64,000 bases of DNA. Origin: Malacoraja senta (Eukaryota). The notes below the pieces were generated by a model, which was given only the letters and a program-made list of their open reading frames with translations, was not told the origin of the DNA and did no database searches. Shown here one piece after another: positions 23,111 to 37,798 of this stretch; positions within the stretch are counted from its first letter, which is position 1, and every line of letters begins with the position of its first letter. The DNA is taken from NCBI GenBank assembly GCA_038087875.1, contig CM075998.1, positions 3,040,001 through 3,104,000 on the forward strand, given 5' to 3'. Made by a program: the position numbers and the translations under genes.

Positions 23111-24551
23111 CTAGTCAAACAAAACAGTGCTGTTAGTCAACCTGTATTGCACCATTGTCTTTGCTCGATTAAACACATTCTCTCTTCACTTCTGAAGGGT
23201 CTCGACCCGAAACGTTGCCTATTTCCTTCATTCCATAGATGCTGCCTCACCCGCTGAGTTTCTCCAGCATTTTTGTCTACCCTCTCTCTTCCCTTGGCCA
23301 TTTCAGTCCAAGCTCACTTCCTTTTCTAAAGGTGCTACTTTTTGCTCACACACATACAAATACACACACATATATATGGCCTCATCCTGCATCTATTTTC
23401 TATGTTTCTATGTTCACATATTCTGTTGTGCTGCTGCAAGTAAGAATTTCAGTGTTCTATTGGGACATATGACAATAAAACACTCTTGACACTCATTCCT
23501 GAGGCATTGCTGTGTACAACCTCCACGCTCTGCTGTTAGTTACACGAATATATTGGAAACTAAATGTATAAGGAATCTATTGAATGGTACAGCACTGGAA
23601 CAGGCCCTTCAGCCCACAATGTCCATGCCAAACTGGATGCCATGTTAAACTAACCTCATCCGCCTAATATAATCCATATCCCTCCATTCCCAGTATATCC
23701 ATGTGCCTATCCAAAAGCCTCTTAAACACCACAATCCTATCTGTCTTCACCACCATCCCAGGCACCCACCTAAAAAACGTGCCCAGCACATCCACTGTAA
23801 ACATTCCCCCTTGAAGCTTATGCCCTCTAGTGCTGGACATTTCCACCCTGGGGGAACAAAAGGTTGTTACTGTCTACATTGTCTTTGCCTCTCATCATTT
23901 TATACACTTCTATCAGGTCTCCCCTCAACCTCCGGCGTTCTGGAGAAAACGGAATTTATCAATCCTCTCCTTGGAGCCAATACCCTCTAATGCACGCAAC
24001 ATTCTGACAAGCCTCTTCTGTACCCTCTCCAAAGCAAAAAGAAAATGCTTGAGTCCTGAACCTGTCATAGAGGTCACGGGTATTACGGGAGAATAAAATG
24101 TGGAGCCAGTTATATGCGTTTGCTCAGAGCAGTTATTGAGCAGGCATCTTCCCAGGGAAACATACGCATTCATATTTCTGCAAACTCTGCCTGCCAACGA
24201 GATAAAAATGTGATTTCTCAGCACTTTAAACAATAGAGATAATCCTCAGAACACCACGGTAACAAGCTTTCAACAGGACGTCACGTTTGCGGGCCTGCTC
24301 AGTTTTATGTGCAGCAAGTTTTGTTTTTATATTACAATTGTGTTGTAACCTCCCCCACTCTTCCTCCTCTCTGTTCACATGAAGCTCACAGATCAAGCAG
24401 TAGAAATACAGTCATGAAAAACACAATAAAGACAAGAACAAATCAGCAGAATGGTGCAAGGTTCGCAGTGCATTTGACAAATTGCCGTGTCATCCACAGT
24501 GGGGCATGAAGATAGCGAATCTCGGTCATTGTGTCGGGCGGCACAGTGGCA

Positions 24552-25092
24552 CATAGAAACATTGAAAATAGGTGCAGGAGTAGGCCATGCGGCCCTTCGA
24601 GCCTGCACCGCCATTCAATATGATCATGGCTGATCATCCAACTCAGTATCCCGTACCTGCCTTCTCTCCATACCCTCTGATCCCTTTAGCCACAAGGGCC
24701 ACATCTAACTCCCTCTTAAATATAGCCAATGAACTGGCCTCAACTACCTTCTGTGGCAGAGAATTCCACAGATTCACCACTCTGTGTGAAAAAAAAAATT
24801 CTCATCTCGGTCCTAAAAGACTTCCCCCTTATCCTTAAACTGTGACCCCTTGTTCTGGACTTCCCCAACATCGGGAACAATCTTCCTGCATCTAGCCTGT
24901 CTAATCCCTTAAGAATGTTGTAAGTTTCAATAAGATCCCCCCTCAATCTTCTAAATTCTAGAGAGTACAAGCCGAGTCTATCCAGTCTTTCTTCATATGA
25001 AAGTCCTGCCATCCCAGGAATCAGTCTGGTGAACCTTCTCTGTACTCCCTCTATGGCAAGAATGTCTTTCCTCAGATTAGGAGACCAAAACT
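24552..25092 (-). mobile_element. CR1-type LINE 3' fragment
   Basis: QFWSPNLRKDILAIEGVQRRFTRLIPG...RTRGHSL; similar fragments at about 10983-11430 (+), 18930-19365 (-), 34057-34630 (-), 42840-43580 (-) and 60520-60815 (-). Confidence 0.9.
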
Positions 25093-25482
25093 GACCAAAG
25101 GCACAGCGGTAGAGTTGCTGCCTTACCACACCAGAGACCCGGGTTCGATCCTGACCTCAGGTGCTGTCTATACGGAGCTTGTACATTCTCAGTGGCCTGC
25201 GTGCGTTTTCTCCGGGTGCTCCGATTTCCTCCCACACTCCAAAGGTGTGCAGTTTTGTCGGCTAATTGGCTTCGGTAAAATAGCAAATTGTCCCAAAAGT
25301 GCGTGAGGGGTAGTGTTAGTGTATGGGTATCGCTGGTCAGCTCGGACTCGGTGGGCTGAAGGGCCTGTTTCCGCCCTGTATCTCTAAACTAAACAAAGCG
25401 GCACTTTGTGATACTAAATCTGAATAAATGCAACTCCTTTTCTTTTGCTGCCTGTGAAGACAGATCCCTTGACAATGTGTTT

Positions 25483-25729
25483 AAGAAGGAACTGCAGATA
25501 CTGGAAAATCGAAGGTCAACAAAAGTGCTGGAGAAACTCAGCGGGTGCAGCAGCATCTATGGAGCGAAGGAAATAGGCAATGTTTCGGGTCGAAAACCTG
25601 AAGGGTTTCGGCCCGAAACGTTGCCTATTTCCTTCACGATTTCCTTCAGGGTTTCGGCCCGAAACGTTGCCTATTTCCTTCGCTCCATAGATGCTGCTGC
25701 ACCCGCTGAGTTTCTCCAGCACTTTTGCC
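25483..25729. mobile_element. Same hairpin element family
   Basis: Inverted arms; 18-bp TSD TCCCTTGACAATGTGTTT at 25465 and 25730. Confidence 0.85.
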
Positions 25730-26099
25730 TCCCTTGACAATGTGTTTCTTGTTTGTCGAGTCATCAGGTCCCACAGGGCTTTCTCTGTGGCAGATGTAGA
25801 GTGTGTCCCTGTACCAAGCTCAAAGAGAAATATCACCAAGGCTAGTCACCAAGATGTTGCACTTGAACTTGGAGAGTCCTTCCTTTGAAACAGAACCCAG
25901 TATTTACACAGCACCGTCAGACTGCTGCATAAATACCTACTTATAAAGTAACCTACAAAATGAGCATCTGCCAAATCACAAAATGACATAAACGGCAGCA
26001 CAACAGGGTGGACTCGGGGAGGATGGTGCTCGGAGACTCTGCGCTATCTGGCAATCGCATTCCACCTCCAGAGCTTCGCTTCAATGCATTAACGTCCTG

Positions 26100-26672
26100 A
26101 CCATTTCACGGTGTGGTACAGCAGCTGCACCACGGCTGACAGGAAGGCACTGCAACGGGTGGTGAAAACCGCCCACCACTTCATCGGTGCCCTGCTCCCT
26201 GCCATGGCTGTCCTTCACCGCACACGGTGTCTGAGACGGGCTGACAAAATCATTAAGGACCCCTCACACCCCAACCGTGGGCTGTTTGCCCTCCTCCCAT
26301 CAGGGAGGCGGTACAGGAGCCTCAGGTCTCGCACCAGCAGGCTAAGGAACAGCTTCTTCCCCAACACCATTACCCTGCTGAACTCACAGGCCCGGCGCTA
26401 GCCCCCCCTGTCTTTCTCATCAGTATTATTTATAGTTTATATAATTTATAGTTAAGCTCTTATTCACCAGAATATAGCACCTGTCAATCTTTTGCACCTT
26501 AACAACTATCTGTATATATGTATATGCCTATGTACATACACCAATATATCCTCATTTGTATATATTGTCTTAATCAGCACTTTACTACTTTGCACCCTGG
26601 TTAGATGCAAAACTGCATTTCGTTGTACTGTACTTGTACTATGTGCAATGACAATAAAGTTGAATCTAATCT
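26100..26672 (+). mobile_element. Non-LTR retrotransposon 3' end (Rex/Babar-like)
   Basis: WYSSCTTADRKALQRVVKTA...LLPSGRRYRSL...RLRNSFFP, followed by an AT-rich 3'UTR and ACAATAAA plus a (AATCT)n tail. Confidence 0.8.
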
Positions 26673-26820
26673 AAACCATTTCCAGGCGCAAGTACACTGC
26701 AACATCCAAATCCAAGTGCTTGCAGAAGCACAACGACACTGCAAACGTCATTCACTTTAGGAGGCTTTCAGGGGACAGGAAAGGCTTTCATTCACCCCTC
26801 GCTCTGCAGGTGGGAGAACC

Positions 26821-27045
26821 GGGGTGATGCCTCCAGCACCTTCAAGTTGGGGCTGCAGGAGCCCCCCCCCCCCCCGGGACACAAAGATGGCCGGACGAGG
26901 AGAGGGACGTCAATTCGCGGAAACCTCTCCGGTACATCGAGTGCGCGGGCCGGACTTTGGACTCTGAATAACGGCAGCGCCTGAATGTGCAATATATGCA
27001 AAAATAATTTGACCGTGCAGTTGCATATGTGTGGCAAATAAAGTA
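26821..27045 (+). repeat. Dispersed ~220-bp repeat, second copy at about 39397-39595
   Basis: Shared GGGGTGATGCCTCCAGCACCTTCAAG...GGACACAAAGATGG...GTGGCAAATAAA. Confidence 0.75.
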
Positions 27046-28050
27046 CCGTTGAAATGGACTTGAGCACTCTACATTTCCCAGGTAAGGAAAGATTCCCTGG
27101 ACCAGCAGCTCTCGCTAGTTAAAAGGGCAGCAGGTGCAGGGAAACACCACCACGCACAGGTTCCCCAGGTCACACACCACACCGATCTGAAAAACTCAAT
27201 TTGTTCAATATCACCGAGTCTACATGTTGGAATTCCTTCCCCAACAATTCATAAGCTCATAAGTGATAGGAGCAGAATTAGGCCATTCAGCCCATCAAGT
27301 CTACCCCGCCATTCAATCATGGCTGATCTATCTCTCCCTCCTGACCCCATTCTCCTGCCTTCTCCCCATAACCCCCGACACCCGTACTAATCAAACAGCA
27401 CCGTGGGAGTAGCCACAGTGGACTGCAATGATTTAAGGCTTATCAACGCCTTGTCCAGAGGAACTAAGGATAAGGCAATAAACATTGACCCGTTACGCCC
27501 TGGTCCTGTGAATTAATAAAACTGCCGCAGTGAGATGAGGTCAGATTTCCTCGATTATAAATGACACGAGAATACAAAGTGGAAGAAGGAGTCGGCCACT
27601 TTGGCACCACCATTCAAGATGAGCACAGCTTTCTGAATGACTGGTCTGCTAACAGAATGACTATACCCTCATGGAGGTGCTCAAACATTCACAGAACAAA
27701 ACGATGGCCAGGTAACCGGGTGAGTTTCTGAATCAAGTTTCACAGGTAGGTACGTGGTTGTACAAAGGGCATGTCTGATATTGTCAGATTTGTCACTGAT
27801 ATCACAGTAATCCCTGGGCAGAAGCAAAGTCCAACTGACATGGGATTTTGGACCTCATCCAATCGACTGCATCTGCATTTCCACGCTGAGTCATTACTAC
27901 AGACAGTGGTTTGAAGTTGTGCCCATATTTCCACCCCCCCAACCCATCCCCACCACTAAAATCTAATGGCAGATTAACAGCAGCCAACACAATTGCAATG
28001 ATTGAGGCAAAAATTAAAGTTGGGGATTGAATTCAAACGATGGCACTTAC

Positions 28051-28084
28051 GTGATGCGATTGACTGTGGCGTCCTCGATATTGT
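28051..28084 (-). CDS. LMBR1L: LMBR1L exon 3 (DNIEDATVNRIT), 34 nt
   Basis: ctccag acceptor and GTAAGT donor; EDATVN motif; phases fit exons 2 and 4. Confidence 0.93.
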
Positions 28085-31000
28085 CTGGAGAGAAAATGAT
28101 ACGGTAACGTTAGAAGACTTGAAATTAGTGCTTTATTCTCATTAAAATGGAGGCACACCGTGTAACATACAAGGTTCGATCAGACCAAGGATAAGTCTGT
28201 TTCTGATCACATCACCACTTGATCAATCTTTTGGCCAAGTAGATCCCTTCATTAGGCAAGGTAGGCTATGGTTTAAGGCCAAAGTCAAGGACTTTAACCC
28301 TGATGACATTGCCCACACAACCCAAGCTTTTGTAGACCTTACAAAGTAAATGAACAATTTCTTGCCTTGAATCTTCACAACAAAGACTCAGGTAAGAAAA
28401 GGCCATCTGATGCCACACACACACACAATCAGACGTTGGAGTGCAATGGGGAAAGGTTTCACTGTACAAGGGAAATTTATCCCACCGGTCAAGATTTAAG
28501 CAGCATCTCTTAACATCTCCGACTTCGGATAAGAATCACCTTTATCAGGACCAGCAGCCCTTTTCCTACTTTGAAAGCAAGGTCTTGTTAATTTAATGTT
28601 TATAGGCTATTGTCAGACATAGAAATGCATTCTACATTCTCCTGTAACGCATCTACCCAAAGTTCAACAGCGGTTGTGGTGAAGGAAAGAGCGTTCACGT
28701 CGCGGCAACGTTTTCCACCAATCTTTCCACCACCACGCACAAGAAGCAACAAGACAGACACCATTGTATGCAGATGCTGAGAAGTGTGTTCAGCTCTGGC
28801 TGACCAACTTCTAATCTTGTGTGTGGCCTCGATAAGAAGAACAGCAGATCATTTCAATTGTGGTTCTATGGTAAGCACGACAGCAGAAATGTGCCAATAC
28901 TTTAGAGCATTAATAGAAGAACATCGCGTCCAGAAAGCAAGGGAAAAGGTTAAGCCATCTGACGTCAATGGCTGGCCAACAATGGAAGAAACTGTTTGGT
29001 GACAGGCAGTACAGGCACCGCCAGGTGCTGTACAAAACCTTAGAATAGCCGAAATAAGAGTTAAAGAGAGACGGTAAAAATAGCCCCTCCAGCTGTTAGC
29101 ATTAATCTTGGCACATGCTGAACCTTGGCATGAGTTGGAATGGGAAGATGCAGGCCACAATCGCTCTCTTGGCTGCACATGTCTGTAAAGATCAGCTGAA
29201 CCTCCAGTTAGATCTCTTGTTCGGGCGGAAGTAGTTTGCATCTGTCACAGGTGCAGCAAGGGGTGGGGGGGGGGGGGGGGGGTAATCAAAGGTTTGCGGA
29301 TGGTCCCTTATGCCAGAAAGGGGGGGAGGCTGAAATAAACATCCAAAAGGTTAGACTTTAGAGATACAGCGCGGAAACAGGCCCTTCGGCCCACTGTGTC
29401 CGAGTTGACCAGTGATCCCTGTACACTACCACTATCTTACACACTGGGGACAATTTTACCAAAGCCATTTAACCTACAAACCTGTACGTCTTTGGAGTGT
29501 GGGAGAAAAGTGGAGCACCCAGACAGTGATTATACAAAATAGACTTATTATACAAAATAGAAAATGTCAGATCTTGGGACAAAGATCTGGGCAGATCACT
29601 GGCACAGCGGTAGAGTTGCTGCCTTACATCGCCAGAGACCCAGGTTCGATTCTGACTACGGGTGCTGTTCATACGGAGTTTGTATGTTCTCCCCGTGACC
29701 GGCGTGAGTTTTCTCCGGGTGCTCCAGGTTCCTCCCACACTCCAAAGACGTACATGTTTGTAGGTTAACTGGCTTCTGTACAACTATCCCAACTGTGTAG
29801 GATGGAGCTAGTGTAGTTTCCACGCTGTATCTCCAAACAAAGTTAAGCGTTCAATAGACAATAGGTGCAGGAGGATGCCATTTGGCTCTTCGAGCCAGCA
29901 GCGCCATTCAATGTGATCATGGCTGATCATCCCCAATCAGTACCCCGTTCCTGCCTTCTCCCCATATCCCCTGACTCCACTATCCTTAAGAGCCCTATCT
30001 AGCTCTCTCTTGAAAGTATCCAGACACAAGAGACTGCAGATGTTTTAATCTTAAGCATACAAAATAAAGCGCTGGAAGAACCCAGTGGGTCAGGCAGCAT
30101 CTGTGGGAGGGAATGAACAGATGACATTTCAGGCCAGGACCTTTCTTTAGACGGATTCAATTAAGTGTTGAGATAATACCAAAGAAAAGATTATTTTTTT
30201 TGATTTGTCCTTTAAAATTAATTGCATTGAATCTAACCCGGGTCCCGGGAGCCGTGAGGCAGCGGCTCTGCCAGCTGCACCGCTCCATTTCCGCGCTGTA
30301 TCCTTAAAGTCTAAAGATGGAGTTGGGCTTTGGAGATCTCACAGCGGTTCGCTTGGCTGCTACTTTGGAGGGCAGCCCACACTCCGGTCAGCGCCAACGG
30401 TACTACAGCAGAAAGTGGAGACACACACACATACAAAGCCCCTTAAAATACAATACTAGTCAACAACTATCAGCCAGAGGTTTACACTGTTAAATTTTAG
30501 TACTGATTGTCCCAGCTGTACAGACACAGAACACAAAGTAATGATTAAACAGAACACCCTGTTTAAACACGAGATTCAACCAGCATGATAAAGCTATGGT
30601 ATTAGCGGTGAATAACATGAGGTCCCAAAGATGAAATTGATATTTCTATTAAATCTGTATACAATTCAAGTTGCTGACACGACAGATCATGGTATTCTGA
30701 ATTACAGACCAACAAGTGCTGATTGTGTTACATCCCCTCCCCCAACACACTCAAGGGCATGAGGTTTGTCAACAATCAGAGCCCCGGTGAGGTTGTGAGC
30801 AGCTCCCCATCACTTGCCTTAACCTCTCACACAGAGGTGGCAGGCAATAAGCCAAAGTGACCTATTAATAGTTACAGAAAAATAACATACTGGGTTCATC
30901 TTCCATCGAAGCAACACACAGTATTAAATAAAAACCGTGCGATCATCTGATGGAGTTAGCAAAACTGTACTGAAAACAGACAGACAAAAAACACTTGCGC

Positions 31001-31243
31001 ACACACACACACACCACCTCGTACTTCAATGTAACTGCAGCCGTTAACACTGTTCTCGTCTCACAACTGTTCCCTTTACGACCAATCTCAAACTTCCATT
31101 TTACTTTCAGCGTTTGGGCACCTGATCAGATTCCCTTTGAAAGGCCAGAGGCCATAGCCACTGCCACTCTTTCTTACTATTAGTCACATTCTCAAACAGT
31201 TATTAGATGTGTCAAGCACAATTTCTCCATGTCGCAGCCTTAA

Positions 31244-31561
31244 ACCCCTGTCCCACGGTACGAGTTCATTCCACGAGTTCTCCCGTGTTTGCCCTGATTC
31301 GAACTCGGAGATTTACGGTAATGGCCACTCGTCGGTACTCGGGGCTCTCGTGGACAATTTTCAACATGTTGAAAAATCTTCACGAATCTTCCCGTGCTTA
31401 CCTGCCGTTAGGGAGTCTTCCCGAGTACCTGCCGTTAGCGCTAAGAGACGTCCCCGAGCTCCGACGTACCCGCTACATTCATTCTCCGTGCTTGCCACGA
31501 GTTTGATTTTTTAAAAACTCGGGAGAGCCCTTGGAATGAACTCGCACCGTGGGACAGGGCT
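31244..31561. mobile_element. PIF/Harbinger-like MITE
   Basis: ~45-bp imperfect TIRs CCCTGTCCCACGGT(A/G)CGAGTTCATTCC; termini related to the 38637 element; TSD ambiguous. Confidence 0.7.
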
Positions 31562-34500
31562 ATAACCTGTAGTTGTGTGTCTTGTTGCTATTTTTTTTAG
31601 TATGGCTGTGTGGTAATTCAAAATTCACTGCACCTTAATTGGTGCATGTGACAATAAACTGACCTTGAAACCTTGAAGGTAGACAAAAATGCTGGAGAAG
31701 CTCAGCGGGTGAGGCAGCATCTATGGAGCCAAGGAATAGGTGACGTTTCGGGTCGAGACCCTTCTTCAACCTTGAACCTCACTACAGTTTCTGTATCCTC
31801 CTACCAGATCCCATTTCTGTTGGATCATCGGGGTGGTACAGTGGCACAGCGGCAGAGTTGTTGCCTTACAGTGCCAGACTCGGGTTCGATCCTGCCTACA
31901 TTCTCTCCGTAACCTGCGTGGGTTTTCTCCAAGAACTTTGGTTTCCTCCCACATTCCAAAGACATACAGGTTTGTAGATTAATTGGTTTGGCATAAATGT
32001 GACTAACATTTGTCCCCAGTGTGTGTTGGACAGTGTTAATGTGCAGGGATTGCTGGTCGGTGCGGACTCAGTGGGCCGAAGGGCCTGTTTCTGAGCTGTA
32101 TCTCTAAACTAAAATAATCCGAAGAGACAGCAATAACAGCAGACTGCAAGCTAACTGGTCTGTTATTCAATGGTCATGTATACCCAAATACAGCAAAATA
32201 CATTTCAAGCATACAATTCAGTGACAATCCTGCTATTCCCCATGCGTAAAGAACTGCAGATGTTGGTTTAAATCGAAGGGAGACACAAAATGCTGGACAC
32301 AGTCTGAAGAAGTAGACAGTCTGAAGAAGGGTCTCGACCCCCAAACGTCATCCATTCCTTCTCTCCGGAGATGCTGCCTGTCCCGCTGAGTTACTCCAGC
32401 ATTTTGTGTCTCCCTGCTATTCCCCATTATGTCTTTCCCATCTTTCTCAACAGGTGGCATTTCCAAATTGTTGCGATCATTCCAGAAGAGGGAATTTCGG
32501 AAGATTATCACAGAACTATCCAAAATCACTGCAAGCCACATCTTTGCCCGGCTTTTCACCCCCTTTAGTGCAGGTACTCGAGAAAATCTCTTCACTCGTG
32601 ACTCAGTCACTCGTTCGTCACTCTCATTAAACCCTTCACAATATAAGCAAAACTTTCCTCAAAGTAAATATAGAGAAATCAAAAATTCCCAAAAATTCCT
32701 TTCCCAGACCACTGCTTAAAACAGAACCAGACTGTTTGCAACTTCAATGCCAGACATGACCTAGAGTTAAGCTTTGCACACGTCCCGATCAACACCGAGC
32801 AGCTCATTTCCTGCTGAAACCATCAGCTATATTGCTAACCACTCCGCTCAACAACTACAATGCATTTTGAGGCGGCCACACCCATTAAAGTCTCCAAAAA
32901 CTTCACCCAAACCGTGGCTCCTCGTGACCCAACCCTAAATCTCGTTGACCTACATTGGTGGGGTGCACGTGGCAGCCAAACCTTTAACAGTGGCATAGTT
33001 TACAGATCCCTCCGCAGCCACCAACCCCTACTCTTCAAGTCCTGTAACCTTTGATGATATCTGCGCTCTGCAACTCGATTATGTGTGAATTTGATCACTT
33101 CACCATTGGCAGCCACGACTTCCGACCAGCATACTAAATGGAGAAGGCCACTCGGCCCCTTGACCCTGCTACACCAAGGGCCACTTTCTCAGAGTCGTGT
33201 CTGTCCAGGCAAGACTGGGAAAGGTACAGAATGGGTTAAGTGCGGAAACGTGGAGGAGCGCTGCAAAAATACTAATGCATGATTGAACGGAATATTTCCA
33301 CACACCACCAAGCCATGTTCTGGCAGGTTGAACTAGAATAACCATGGGTGGATAAAACAAACAGCCTCATAATAGATCGAAACAAGTCTCAACATCTCAA
33401 AAAGAACCTGATGGAACAAAACCTTTCCCCAGGGTGATGCCCTCTGCCTTAGAGCTGAGCAGATCTCAAAATAATAAACAACAATGCAAAGAGGGACAAA
33501 GGTACATCAATGGAGGGACATGTTGACATGCAGAGAACGCCCTGATTGCAGTAAAGGGGGGGGGGGGGGGTGGTAGAGAAAGCTGGAAAAGAGAGGTGGA
33601 AGGGGGAGGACAAAGCATGGCAAGTAATAGATGGATACGGGTGTGGGGGAAGTTTGATTGGAATATGGGCGAATTGACAAAGGCGAGAGGTGAAAAGGAG
33701 ACAAAAAGGGTGTCAGAAATTAGGGACTTGGGGATGGGAGGCGAGTGTACATAGGTGGGGAAAGGAGCAAGGGTGATGGGAGTGGGTGAGAAATAGTCAC
33801 TCATACAGCACAGAAACAGGCCCAACTTGCCCATGCCAACCAAAACTGTACAACCTGTAGAACTGGTTGATGGACTTTCAGTGGAAGAAGGGGCGGGGGG
33901 GGGGGGGGGGGGGGGGAGAGGGGGGGAAGGGAGGTGTTTGTTGAAGTTACCCAAAATTGGAGAATTCAACATTCCTATCACTGGGTTGTAAGCTACCTAA
34001 GCAAAATACGAGATGCTGTTCCTCCAATTTGCGTACGGCCTCACTCTGGCAATCTAGACAATAGGTGCAGGAGTAGGCCATTCGGCCCTTCGAGCCAGCA
34101 CCGCCATTCAATGTGATCATGGCTGATCATCCCCAATCAGTACCCATTCCTGCCTTCTCCCCACATCCCCTGACTCCGCTATCCTTAAGAGCCCTATCTA
34201 GCTCTCTCTTGAAAGTATCCAGAGAACCGGCCTCCACCGCCCTCTGAGGCAGAGAATTCCACAGACTCACAACTCTCTGTGAGGAAAAAGTGTTTCCTCG
34301 TCTCCGTTCTAAATGGCTTACCCCTTATTCTTAAACTGTGTGTGGCCCCTGGTTCTGGACTCCCCCACATCGGGAACATGTTTCCTGCCTCTAGCGTGTC
34401 CAACTCTTAATAATCTTAACGTACACAAAAATGCTGGAGAAACTCAGCGGGTGCAGCAGCATCTATGGAGCGAAGGAAATAGGCAACGTTTCGGGCCGAA

Positions 34501-37500
34501 ACCCTTCTTCAGACTAAGCTATTTTGCTTAGGTAGCTTACAACCCATCTTAATAATCTTATGTTTCAATAAGATTCCCCCTCATCCTTCTAAACTCCAGA
34601 GTATACAAGCCCAGCCGCTCCATTCTATCAATCTAGGAGGCCCAGGACAGAAAGGTCAGTGTGGGAATGGGAAGGGAGTTCAAGTAGTTAGCAACTGGAA
34701 GATCCAGCAGGCTTTGTCGAGCAGTTCTTTGGGACAGTTGTTCCTCACGGAGTAACATGTTAATAACTCAACAGTATCTCAAAGTGCTGCGAAAATCTTG
34801 CTGCGGTTCACATTATAAGCAGTCTTCGGAAGAAAATATCAACACATTTGTTGACCAAGACGACTAAACCAAATTAACACATTTCACAATACTAACTTAG
34901 TAGTCTTAAAATAAAAACAAAATGTTATTACTGCTGCGTCAAATTGGAAGAGATTTAAAACACATTGAAACATTTGGAATGAAATGTAGATGTTGCATTT
35001 TGAAAGCACGCAATCCAATATATTTGAGCACGTGTTTAAAATGGCTTCTGAAGGTCACCTCTCAGTTCACCATGACATTGCCAACACTATGAGTGTCAAA
35101 ACAACAAGCCACTTTTGAGGTCAATGTTACAACCTGCGTGAGTAAACACAAGAGACACCCATTTAGGATCCTCAGGCTTGGAGCCACCACCCTTTCAAAC
35201 GTAATTGTTAAAACTTGTATTTAGGATACACCTTGAAGCAATGCGTTCAGACTAAAAATAGACACGGCATGAACAGAGGAGGCAGTAGGACCAGGGAACA
35301 AAAGATTTACATTTCTAAAGCTCATTCATCTCATGTGCTCACGTTCTTGAGGAATGATCGCTGTCGTTATGGAGGAGACATAACAACTGATGTACACAGA
35401 AAATACTATTGAAGCAATGTGACAATGACCAGATATTCAGATTTATGAGTTCAAGAAGGAACTGCAGATGCTGGAAAATCCCACGTACACAAAAATGCTG
35501 GAGAAACTCAGCGGGTGCAGCAGCATCTACGGAGCGAAGGAAATAGGCAACTTTTGGGCCGAAACGTTGCCTATTTCCTTCGCTCCATAGATGCTGCCGC
35601 ACCCGCTGAGTTTCTCCAGCAATTTTGTCTACCTCCGGATTTTCCAGCATCTGCAGTTCCTTTCTTGAACAAGGATTAATATTGCCCAGAATACAAGGAG
35701 GAAGTCTCCTGATCTTCCTCAGCATAATCCCATGGGATATTGCATGTCCACTGGGAGCAGACAGGTTTCACCTGGAAGACGACATCAATAAAAGTGAAGA
35801 CCTCGCAAGGCAGGGTCAACGAGCAGGACAGCATGTAAAACAGACTCACACTGACCAAGGTGCTCAACCAAGCTAGTCCTAAGTGCCTGGCCTGGTCCTT
35901 ACCCCTCCAAGATAGACACAAAATGCCATAGTAACTCAGTAGGCCAGGCAGCATCCCCGGAGGGGAAAAAAAGGTGGGAACCGGTCTTCAGACCTCTTCC
36001 TTATCCCTCCAAACCTTTCACATCCATGTGCCTGTCTAACTATCTTTTAAATGTTGTCATTCCTTCCTCTGGCTTCACAATTTGCAACTCTTCAATCAGT
36101 CTGGTCTCACTATTTCAGCTTTATCTCTGGCCTTCGGTCCAACCATCTGCCTGTCAACCCTCCATCGTATGTATCCACCCGCCACACTTTGCCCAGCCTC
36201 TCCTCTCTGCCATCTTTCTTCAACCCTCCCCTGCCCAGCCCCTCACAATCAGCCTGAAGAAGGATCCCAACCCGAAACGTCACCTATCAGTGCTCTCCAG
36301 AGACGCTGCCTGACCCGCTGAGTCACTCTAGCACTTTGTGTCTTTTTGCGTAAACCAGCATCAGTAGTTGCTGGTTTACGCCAGTCTTTAAACTGCTTTT
36401 GAATGGAGCTATTGCGTGAACTTTGATCATTCTAATCTTAGCTCCAACATCTCAGACAAAAAAAAATGCTGCCATGCCCAGCATGTTGCCGCCCCATCCT
36501 ATGAAGACACAGACTCTTGGCATGCATCAATATTACTTCAATGAACTCAAGTGTCTAGTCTTCAGAGAGCCAAGCACGTTGTACTTTTCATTGTAAAAAA
36601 AAATGTAAAGAGGTCAATACTAGTTGCATGGAGCCAGGTAGCTGCAGATGCTGGAATCCAGTTGCATTATTGCTTTGCAAAGTTGTCATCCATCTCTTCG
36701 ATGCATCGCACCATTTTATGACAAGCACCAAGCTTGCTTTATTTCCTAAACTTTCTGGGGCCTTTCCCCACAGTGGAAAATTTTGATTCTGTTGTGGGGG
36801 GACGTTTGTGTTGAATTCTATAATGTGTTGTGTCATTTTTATTTTTATTATTTTTTCTATGGATGTACGGAAACTTAATTATTTATTTTATGTAAAGCAC
36901 TTTGGTTTCAACGAGAGTTGATTTAAACGTGCTATATAAATAAAACGTACTTACTTACTACTTACTATAATACAAGTTACCTGTCTAAAGGAAGCATGCA
37001 ACACCAGCAGACGCGGTGTGCACAGAGCAGCAGTGGATGGGGCGCGTGGACCCGGATGTGGCAGAGCGCGTGGACCGGATGTGGCCTGCTGCAACAGAGA
37101 ACACCACGGCTACACTTGGCCAGTCCGGCCCTGCAACGTTACCCGCACAACGGGCCTTCATGGTCACGACAAGAACCCTGCACTTACAAAATGGCATCAA
37201 TACCAGCGACTCCGTATACTTACTCCGTGTACTACTACGATACATTTATACTCGATCTGAGATACGATACAAAATGTATCCGTGCTCATATGTTGTGATA
37301 CTTGTACTGATCTGTATACAAAAATGAATTTCACTGACAAATAAAGTTTCACTGTGACCATAGTAACTGAAGGGATGAAAGAGCAAAAAAAAGACAAGTT
37401 GAGGATGCATCTCCATCATTCTTGCGGCACTCCTGGAAAGGGGATTTTTCCCACCTATGAGCATATTTACTAATTTCAATGAAAGATTTTACTTTTAAAA

Positions 37501-37506
37501 AGTCAC

Positions 37507-37591
37507 CTGTTGTAAACTCTGCATTCTTTTTAAACCGAGTGATGACCAGGTAGGAGAGGATGTACAGTGTGGTGAATAGCAGCGCGCAGAT
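37507..37591 (-). CDS. LMBR1L: LMBR1L exon 2 (ICALLFTTLYILSYLVITRFKKNAEFTT), 85 nt
   Basis: ttttctccacag acceptor and GTGACT donor; RFKK-AEFTT is LMBR1L-type; phase is consistent with neighbouring exons. Confidence 0.95.
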
Positions 37592-37798
37592 CTGTGGAGA
37601 AAAGATGAATAAGTAAGTTAATGGGTCAGACAACAACACCGGCAAAAGCTGCCTACTCCAACACTCTAAATGAAGCTAAAACTGTTCACTTGGCCACAAG
37701 AGCAATGCCTCCCATCACCATCATCTTCCATTGCTCAGTAGGTACCTGGGTAGAATCCCCAAGCCCGCTGAACAACAGCAGGTTCTCATCATTACCTA

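Noticed and set aside
33895..33930. Long G/C homopolymer runs (also near 2732, 12818, 21894 and 29265) as functional G-quadruplexes
   Set aside because: Frequent, often inside repeats, and of unreliable length in assemblies
36985..37327. Overlapping ORFs in a GC-rich patch with a short duplication (GCGCGTGGACC...GGATGTGGC)
   Set aside because: No recognisable protein or splice structure; probably a repeat remnant
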